A stretch of DNA of 64,000 bases, from assembly GCA_026936335.1 (NCBI GenBank), contig JAPMXV010000056.1:1-64000 (forward strand), in the 5' to 3' direction. The notes beneath the pieces were generated by a model. The model had not been told where the DNA came from. It saw only the letters and a program-made list of their open reading frames with translations, and ran no database searches. Shown in pieces: positions 11,101-19,748 of the stretch (its first letter is position 1; each line of letters starts with the position of its first letter). A program made the position numbers and the translations under genes. Source of the DNA: Mantamonas sphyraenae STR306. Lineage: Eukaryota > Protista > CRuMs.

Positions 11101-13583
11101 CGTGTCGTTCACCTCGACACGCCTCTCCCACATCATCGCTCCATCTGCGCCAGACACACGACGCACGAAAAAGTCAAACAACGCTCCGCCTCCGCTCTTC
11201 GGGTGCAGGTTCATCCCCGTCAGGAAAACGTCTCCCACCACACTTCCCACTCGCAGCCCGTAAACAAAGTCGTCAAATTCCCCTCCGTACGTCCGTGTAA
11301 ACGCGATTCCTCCGCCGCGCGACACCTTGCTCACCATCCAGTTGGCCACCCCGCCCGTTGTAGTCGACTGGTTCCCGTTGAACGTCTGCACATATTCCCC
11401 CCTCAGCCACCCACCCGCGTACACCCACTGCCCGTCTGCAGACACGCCCAGGTGGCCGCACGAAGACCGCGTCGTCGTGTTTGCCTCCACCTGCGTCACC
11501 CACTCCGTCGTCCCGTTCAGTGACAACCGCGCCACAAACGCACTCTCAATTCCCACCACCGTCTCGTTCTCGGCCACTCCTCCAAACAGTCCCTCCGCCG
11601 AACCACACACATACACCGCACCCCCTTCCGGAGCCATGGCCACCCCGCTCGCCTTTGTCGTCTGGCCCGTCTCCAGCGTGCGCTCCCACGCAAGTGTCCC
11701 GTCAGCCCAGTACTTTTGCACCAGTGCCACCGACGCAGGCTTCGGCTCTCCCAACGTGTGTTGATCCACAAGGTCGCCGTAGTACACACGTCCTCGCCAC
11801 CCCACCGCCACAAGCGTGTCGTTCTTGTCCACAGCCACATCCTCCAGCTGTCGCTCCTCCACGCTGTTTTCCTGTCGCGTCCACACACGCTCTCCCTTCG
11901 CCGTCAAACGAAACACAAACGTGTTGCCTCGGCTACTCGTCCCCACTGCTCCAGGCATCACACCTTGCGTGTAGCCCACCACCACCGTGCCCTTGTCGCT
12001 CATCACACCCACCCCCGTTGCAACATTCTTGCCCCATCCGCTCGACACCATCCGCTTCTCCATCACGACCCCCATCGTCTCTGCATTGTGCACCACCAGC
12101 CGTCCGTCCACGTACGTATCCTCCACACTGTTCACCACACGCCCTTCCTTGCCCACAACCACCACCTCCGTCGCGTTCCCGCTTCCGCGTACACGCATGC
12201 CAGACGCCCCCGGATAGTTCGCCGCAAACACCCTCCGCCCCACCGTGCTCTTGTCCAACTGCGTGCCGTTGCCAAACACACGCAACACGCTGTAATCCAG
12301 CGATGAAGTCAGCACGTAAATCATCCCGTCGCTCCCCACATCACATCCGGCCACCTGCTCTCCAGTTCCCCCTGCGACGTCCAATGCCAGGTTCCACACA
12401 CGCGTGCCGTTCATCAACAATTTGCCCACGTATGCAGAGTTTGCCTTGTTGGCCACACTCTGCCCGTCCACTGTTGTCCCGCCTGCCTTTCCGCACACCA
12501 CCACCGTTCCGTCCGTCGGGTCCAGCGCAGAATCCACACCCGAATCCAACTGTGTCGAGCCCCACAGCGTCGCCCGTACATTGCTTCCGTCTGCATCCGC
12601 AGACAGCAGTGCAAAGTCTGTAGAGCCCGTTGTGCCCATGTCCAGCAAAGCCGACGACGATCCCGTCGCCACCACTCGCCCGTCTCCCAGCACGTGCACC
12701 CGAGTAAATGTGGGTGCCTGGCTCACACTCTGCGACGTCACAAGCCAGTCTCGCGTTCCGTTTGCATCTACACGCTGCAGCGTCAGCTCCGGCGCCTCCC
12801 CAAACTGAGTCCAGTACGTCCTCCACCCCGCCACCACTGCCGCCCCGTCCACGGGCGACACTCCCACTCCGGTAAGCACATCCGATGCGTTTCCTCCATA
12901 CTGTTGCACCCACACCACCGCCCCGTCTGCCGCAAACCGCGCCACCACGCTGTCCTCTCGCCCCACACGCTCGTTCGTATGTCCCTCGAACGAGCCAAGC
13001 GTGTATCCACACACATACGCGTGACCGCTTGTACTAGACACCGCAATTCCCGTCGCCACGTCTGTCGTGTTACTGCCCAGCTGCCGTGTCCACAGCAGCG
13101 TTCCGTTGTGCGCGTATCGCTGCACAAACCAGTCCCTGCCTCCATGGAACTGCCCGCCTTCCAGCGATCCCTCCGTCTCTCCAGCCACATATATGCCCCA
13201 TGTGCTGTCTACACTCACCACCTTCGCCTCCTCTTTCACGTACTTGCCGTACGACGACTCCCGCAAGGTGAACGATCCTTCCGGATACTCACCCGCCACA
13301 GCCCACACTGCCCGTCGTCGCACACACACACACACACATGCTGTGTCAGTCGCCAACACAAAAATCACAGCACACCCTACAGCCACGCCGCCACCCCTGC
13401 TCACACTCACCTGTGCAAACCAGCACCACAATCGCTGTCGTCCACGCTACAGATGCTGCTCGCCTCTGATCACTCTGCACGAGTTTCCATGCAACCCGCC
13501 GAAAAGCGTCAGCCTCCTTCCCGCATGCTCACTGCTTCCTCTCCACGCCCCCACATCCCTTCAGTCCCCTCTACACCCACCAT
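5103..13583 (-). CDS. Giant (~2770 aa) surface/membrane protein: signal peptide, SBBP-type beta-propeller repeats, IPT/Ig-like domains, Cys-rich repeats, multi-pass TM C-terminus
   Basis: ORF 5146..13431. Inferred exons ATG(13581-13583) | intron 13475-13580 | exon | intron ~13308-13410 give MSDQRRAASVAWTTAIVVLVCTVWAVAG (signal peptide). Repeats such as WTRQLGS..DVATGIAV; C..GY.G.LC..C..GY; TM region with FFYESY...FWYDWVIL.RK. Probable 1-nt frameshift in a G-run near 5245 (alternative tail ends at 5103). Confidence 0.85.
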
Positions 13584-13936
13584 TCTCTGTCTCTTCAAAT
13601 TCCCCATCACCTAAACCTGCGTTCTTCGCGTCCGTGTCAGCCCTTCGAGTTCACGCAAATCCCGAGCACAATTCCGTCGCAGAAGACATGTCACACTTCA
13701 ACCTCCGGCCCTTCCACGCCGTTCTCACACCACTGTCCTTCCACACACATCCTCCCCTCCACTCTCAAGCCCCTCCCCTCTGCACCTATCCAACCCCTGG
13801 GCCCCCATGCTCCCCCGTGCCACTCACAAAAGGTTTTCGTCGAAAATTTCCAGGCTCGTCTTTGAATTGGATTTCCCTTCGCCCTCCCAAACTCATTCCT
13901 TCGCTCCGCACACTCCCCCCAAACTCACGCCTTCCC

Positions 13937-15203
13937 TCATCGCGCCTCAAACTTCCTTGCTGCCCGCATTTTCGCAATCCTTGCCTTGTCCGCCTCAAAC
14001 TTGCGCCGCAAGTCCGCAATCCGCTCCATCCGTGCTTGCCGCTGCTGAAACTTGTAAAAGTTGTCCTTTTCCTTTGCCTCTTTCGCCTTGCGTTTCCTGT
14101 TCGGACCCGTTTTTCCTCGAATCATCTCTTCCTCCTCTGCCTCCGCACCGGGTCCTCCCTGGCCCTTCCGCGTCCGCCGCCGGTTCACCACCGTCACAAA
14201 CCCGTCTTCGTCTGGCCCCTCGTTCAGCATGGCCTCGCGTGCTTTGTCCGCTTCCCGTTGGATACGGTCGTAATTCGCCATGTACACGTCCACCTTGTTT
14301 TGCAGGTGCTTCTTCTTCGGCCGCTCTGCCACGTACTCGCGCAGCCACCCACCCAACCCTCGGCTCTCCTCACTCCCTCGCTCCACAACGTGTGCCTCCC
14401 CGTCCTCCGCTCCATCCACCGTTCCGTCCGTCAGCGGCGTCCGCAACAGCACGTCCACTCCGCTGCTCAGAGCACGCTTCACTCCCTCCTTGCTTGCAAA
14501 TACCACGTGTGCGTAGCATCCGTTGTTCAGCGACTCGCTCGCCTCCTTCAGCGCCACACGCTGCGGTGCAAAGTACCGCCCTTCCAGTTGGCTCACCACA
14601 TCTCCCGTCCTCCGCAGCACTGCCTTGCTGGCCGAGTTGTCGCTTGCCATGCTCACCACAACTGTTTTACGGCTCTTACCTTCCACCACCACACTCGCCG
14701 TCCGTTTGCCCATCTCCCATGCCGACTTTCCGCTCACCTCGAATGCGCCAAACACCACGCTCTCGATCTCCGTATCTGTGTGCTCAAACATACGCCGCAC
14801 ATCCTCTTCGGTGCACTCGCTGCTCAAGTTTGCCACGAAAAGCGTCCTCTTTACACGCTCCTTGTTCTCCTCCGTCGTCTGCTCCTGGTGTTGGCGCACA
14901 AACACGAACCGCAGAAAGTTGGAGTTGAACAGCAGCCCGTCCTCGCCAGGCAGCACCACTGGAATCGGAATCACCTTGCTCTGCACACGCCGCCCATACG
15001 TACACACCCGCCATGCCAACCACGCCCGCGTCCACGCCCCACAATATGCGCCCGGACCCGCACGTCCGCCCAAAAATCCGCATGAGTCACCACCTCTCGC
15101 ACAACCATCCCCCTCCCGCTGCCCAAACACCCTCTTCCCCCTTTCCCCATGTCCCCCCTCCCCCGCCTACTTCCCCCCACTTCACCCACTGCCCACCTAC
15201 CAT
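13937..15203 (-). CDS. RRP7: Ribosomal RNA processing protein 7 (RRM + RRP7 C-terminal domain)
   Basis: RTLFVANL RRM, PDEDGFVTV, NFYKFQ.R...IADLRRKFEADK.RI..M...RKF. Inferred exon 1 = ATG only (15201-15203), intron 14981-15200 (GTAGGT...CAG). Confidence 0.9.
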
Positions 15204-15256
15204 CACTTGTTTCACCTGCACCCAGCAGCGCCAACCAAACACCCCACCCCCACTCC

Positions 15257-17498
15257 ATGGGCGCAGGCAAATCCAAAGAGGCCAATGCGGACCCTCAAGA
15301 CACCCCCAGCGACAGTACAACCATCGTCGTTGGCCAATCCGCCTCCCGCACACGTGCCACCGTCGTCAAGGAGGCTCGCATAGCCGAGATCGACAACGGC
15401 TCCTCCTCTTCCTCTTCCTCATCTTCCGCCTCCACCTCCTCCTCAGCGCTCAACCCAACTCCCATCTGCGACGCCTCGGCCTCTGAACGTGCCCTCTTCA
15501 TTACCGACCACTGGATGCCCTTTGTCCGCACTCTCCGTGCCCACCTCCTCGACGTAGTCACTCGCAAAACTGCCGGCTACGCACGTCCAGAGATCATGCC
15601 CGACCAGGACGAGATCGAGCGCCTAACCCGCCTCAATCTCGATCTCACTGCACAGTGGTACGGCCGCGGAAACCTCTCTGCAATGTTCGAGTGGTTCATG
15701 GAGGCCGCAGAGGCAGCCGGCGAAACAGGCTACCAATTCGTCGACGTGCCCACTGCACGCAGCGCAGACGGCTGGCTCTTCATCGTCGATGGCAACACTC
15801 GCCGCTCCTTCTACAAACCCTCCGACGAGCAAGGCCAAATCGAACGCCTCGGTGGCCTCGCCCACAACATCGGTGCCTCGCCCATCGACAACACCGTCCT
15901 TTCCAATGTCATGTCCCCGCAAGAGGCGCGCATCCTCCTCGCTGGTGGCCAGATCAAACGGTTCGTCGTCATGGCCACCAAGCGCAAGCAGCTTGCCCTT
16001 CTTGAGCGCCTCGGCCTCGCCGACGCCTCCCCCGACGACGTCAAGCAAGCCCTGGCAAACTACTCCGACGAAACAGGCCTCCACGTCGATCTCCTTGCCG
16101 CCACCGGTCTGCCCATCGCCTCCTTCAGCCAGTTCCCTCTCGACATGCAGGAGAACATCCACTCCATTGTCAAGTCACAGCTCGCCGCAACCACAACCAC
16201 AACCAAACTCTCCCAAGACGACCAGTCTGCCTCCACCGATAACACAGACCCCCAGCATCAAGAGTACCTCCGCTTTCTCGACTTTGTCAAGGCAAACCCG
16301 GGCAAGGTCTACCGCGACGACATCAAGCTCCACAAGAGCCTCCTCCTCCTCGGCATGTGGAACGAAAAGGTCGCTGTCGTCGAGCGCTCCACCGTCGAAA
16401 AGCTCACCAACCACCGCTTCTTCGGCTTCCCCTGGACCCGCTCCGTCGATCTCCTCACCACTCCCGAAGGCAGCAGCGAACTCGATGTCCTCCGTCCCGC
16501 TGGCACTCAGGAGTGGAGCCGCTTCCGCAAGAACGCCTTTCCCTACGCAGAGAGCCACGGCCTCGGCCTCTCTGGCAGCGGCCAGGACGAGTCCCGCGGT
16601 TCGCTCAGCTTCGAGATGGGCATGCCAATCGACCCAGAGCAGAAACTCGGCAACTGGTTCTCCACTGACATCGAAAAGATTCTCGCCGAAACCGAAATGC
16701 TCAACCCACCCCGTGGCCACGTCCACTCCCTCCCGGGCGAAGAGTACCATGACGTCGGCCAGAACCCGCAGATCGGCTCCTCCATTCGTGCCTCCCAGCA
16801 CACCCAAATCACACGCAACAGCCTCGCCGGCCATCCTCTCTACGCCCTCGAAAGCAAGCCCCAGTACAGCGACGAGGTCGACTGCGTCGTCGACATCATC
16901 CAAGTCGGCGAGGAGGAAGACGCCTTCTTTGTCAAGTTTTCAGACGTTGCCGACCTCAGTGCAAACACAGCCCTCGTCGGCGTCCTCTACGAACTCCGCA
17001 AAGCCCTCATCGAGCAGTTTGGCGCACACCAGGTCGACTTTAATGTCAAGGGTATGGTCGACCCGCTCACGGGCCGCCGCGTTGTCACCTTTGGCCCCAT
17101 CTGCATGCTCGAGCGCCTCCCCTACGGAAAGCTCACCATGAATGAGCTCGGAGACACCTCAGAGGGTTGTCTCCTGCCCAATATCGACACCTGCAGCGCC
17201 GCTGGCGATGTCATGCTCTACTCCCGCGAGACCTGGAAGATGGCGTACGACACAGGCCGTGACGCCCTCATCCGCCAGTACACCTTTGTCCAAAAGATCG
17301 GTGCACGCAAGATTGTCCGCCGCAAGCTCCTCAACCTCACCGGCTATGTCGACGGCTACGGCCAGGCTCCCATGCCCTCCACCGTCCACGTGCCCAGTCA
17401 CCCCAAAGAAGACCGTCTTCTCTGGCCTCTTCTCCTACGAGCCCACAGACATTGTCCGCCACGTCGACAAGGTCGTTGCCGCCGAGTCTTCCGACTGA
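15257..17498 (+). CDS. Predicted N-myristoylated hypothetical protein; C-terminal half possibly a remote HIT/GalT-superfamily domain
   Basis: Starts MGAGKSKE; strong C-ending codon bias. Probable +1 indel near 17395, so the true end is likely ...KKTVFSGLFSYEPTDIVRHVDKVVAAESSD* at 17498 rather than 17572. Confidence 0.75.
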
Positions 17499-17597
17499 TC
17501 CCATCATCCATTCCATGGCTTCTCTCTCTCTGCACACCCACTCTCACTCACAGCACGCAAATACAGCTGTGACGTCGCACACCCACTCTCACTCACT

Positions 17598-19742
17598 TCA
17601 CTGGCCGTGCAATTCCCGCACCCACATCTCATCCACCTCGCTCACAGCACGCAAATACAGCTGTGACGTCTCCACCAACTCCCCAAACACCACCCACTCC
17701 GGCTTCCGCCCGTGCATCACACTCGTCGGATGGATACGTGCTTCCACCGTCGCCTTCCGCCGCAGCAGCTTGTACGTCCCGGCTGTCGTCCGCGTCGCCA
17801 CGTTGCCCAAGAATCCCACCAGCAAACTGCGCAGCACCGTGTCCACCTCCACCTCCGCGTCGTCCCCCGTCGAGCCCAGCCCCATTGCCTCGCAGTACTC
17901 CGCCAGCTGCCCACGCACGTCCTCTGCACGCCGCATGCTGCGCAGGTTCACATACGACGCATTCGCCCACGCCTTCTTCTCCTTTGCCTTCACCGCGCTG
18001 TACGCTCGATACACATTCAACAGCGTGAGGTGGTCTCCCTCGTGCGCTTTGAATCTCCCGTGCGCCCGGTTTGCCGCCTTTGCCTCTGCGCGTGGTGTGA
18101 AAAACACGCTTTCCTGCTGCAGCATCGCCACAATCGTCAGCATGGGGCCCAGGCACCCATGCTCGGACGCCGCCAGCACACATCGTCCTTGCCGAGGCTC
18201 CAGCGGCAGCTGCGCCATGTGCCTCCCCACAATCGTCAACTCGTCTTTCTTGTCCAGCGCTTGCAGCGAAATCAGCTGCTCCAGCCCCTCTTGGATGCTC
18301 GCCAACTTGGGCATGTCCATAAACTCAAACTTGAACAGGTTTTTCACCCCGATCGTCCGCAGCTGCAGCAGCACAGACGCCATGTTGCTTCGACGGATTT
18401 CAGCCACCGTTGCCTCTCGCATCGACGCAAAAAACTCTTCCGTGTACAGCCTGTAGCATCGTCCGTGTGCCTCGCGACCAGCACGCCCCGCTCGCTGCCG
18501 AGCCGCTGCTTTGCTCACAGGCGTCACCACCAGCCGCTCCACGCCATTCTTTGCCGAAAAGTGCCTCTGCTTCACCACTCCCGTGTCCACCACGTACCGA
18601 ATCCCCGGGATTGTCAGCGATGTCTCTGCAATGTTCGTCGCCAGAATCACCTTTCGCGAACCGGCCGGCGTCTCTTCAAACACCTTCATCTGCGCTGCAC
18701 TCGGCATCGACGAGTAGATTGGACGCACCATCAGGTCCAGGCTCGATGGAGGTAGCTTCGCCCGTTTCTCTGCCAACAGCTTTTCCATCATTTCGATTTC
18801 CTCCTGGCCCGTCAGAAACACAAGTATATCTCCACCCTTCGTGTCCATATGCACCTGGATCACCGTCATCAGCGCTGCATCCACATAGTCGCTCTGCGGC
18901 TCCACTGCATTGTAGATGCTCACCTCAAACTGCCGCCCCTCTACAAAAACCACAGGCGCCGAGTTGAAGTACTCCGAAAACTTCTTCGACTCCAGTGTCG
19001 CAGACATCACCACCAGCTTCAGCGATTCTCGCCGCTTCTGCACCTCCTTCAGCACTGCCATCAGCATGTCCGTCTGCAGCGTCCGCTCGTGCGCCTCGTC
19101 CAACACCACCACCGAGTACGCCTCCAGCAGCGGGTCCACCATTGCCTCCCGCAGCAACATGCCGTCCGTCATAAACTTGATCTCCGTCTCGTTGCTCGTC
19201 TTGTCCTCGAAACGAATGCGATAGCCCACCTCCTTGCCCAGTGCCACCCCGCATTCGTCCGCCACTCGCCCTGCCACACTCATCGCCGCCACCCTCCTCG
19301 GCTGCGTCACTGCAATCATCATCTTGGCTCCCTTTCTCTTCTTTCTCAACTTTTTCGCCTGCTTCCGCACCAGTTTGCCCTTGCCCGTGTACCCTGCCTC
19401 CCGCAGGAACTGCGGCACCTGCGTCGTTTTCCCGCAGCCCGTCTCGCCCACAATCACCACCGCCGAATGCGCACCCACCTTCTCCAGGATCGTCTTGCGC
19501 GCATTCACAATCGGCAGCTGCTGCTTCATCTCCTCCTCCCCTCCCTCTCCAACCACCTCCTTGCCCTTCCTCTTGCCTTGTTTGCCCTTGCCAAACGCCC
19601 CACTCAAGCGCTGTCGCTTCTCCACCCCCTCCCCTTCCTCCTTCTCCCGCCACCGTTTCCCTTTGCTCTTGAACCCCCATGTCCGCTTCCCCTTCTCCTT
19701 GTGCTTCCTGTCACCCTCCATGGATTTCCTAGATTTGCCCAT
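17598..19742 (-). CDS. DHX33: DEAH-box RNA helicase, DHX33/Dhr2-like
   Basis: GETGCGKTT, TQPRRVAA, DEAH, SAT, TNIAETSLT, QRAGRAGR, followed by HA2 and OB-fold regions. Subfamily assignment is inferred. Confidence 0.8.
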   Translation of the reverse strand: MGKSRKSMEGDRKHKEKGKRTWGFKSKGKRWREKEEGEGVEKRQRLSGAFGKGKQGKRKGKEVVGEGGEEEMKQQLPIVNARKTILEKVGAHSAVVIVGETGCGKTTQVPQFLREAGYTGKGKLVRKQAKKLRKKRKGAKMMIAVTQPRRVAAMSVAGRVADECGVALGKEVGYRIRFEDKTSNETEIKFMTDGMLLREAMVDPLLEAYSVVVLDEAHERTLQTDMLMAVLKEVQKRRESLKLVVMSATLESKKFSEYFNSAPVVFVEGRQFEVSIYNAVEPQSDYVDAALMTVIQVHMDTKGGDILVFLTGQEEIEMMEKLLAEKRAKLPPSSLDLMVRPIYSSMPSAAQMKVFEETPAGSRKVILATNIAETSLTIPGIRYVVDTGVVKQRHFSAKNGVERLVVTPVSKAAARQRAGRAGREAHGRCYRLYTEEFFASMREATVAEIRRSNMASVLLQLRTIGVKNLFKFEFMDMPKLASIQEGLEQLISLQALDKKDELTIVGRHMAQLPLEPRQGRCVLAASEHGCLGPMLTIVAMLQQESVFFTPRAEAKAANRAHGRFKAHEGDHLTLLNVYRAYSAVKAKEKKAWANASYVNLRSMRRAEDVRGQLAEYCEAMGLGSTGDDAEVEVDTVLRSLLVGFLGNVATRTTAGTYKLLRRKATVEARIHPTSVMHGRKPEWVVFGELVETSQLYLRAVSEVDEMWVRELHGQ

Positions 19743-19748
19743 CTCGCT

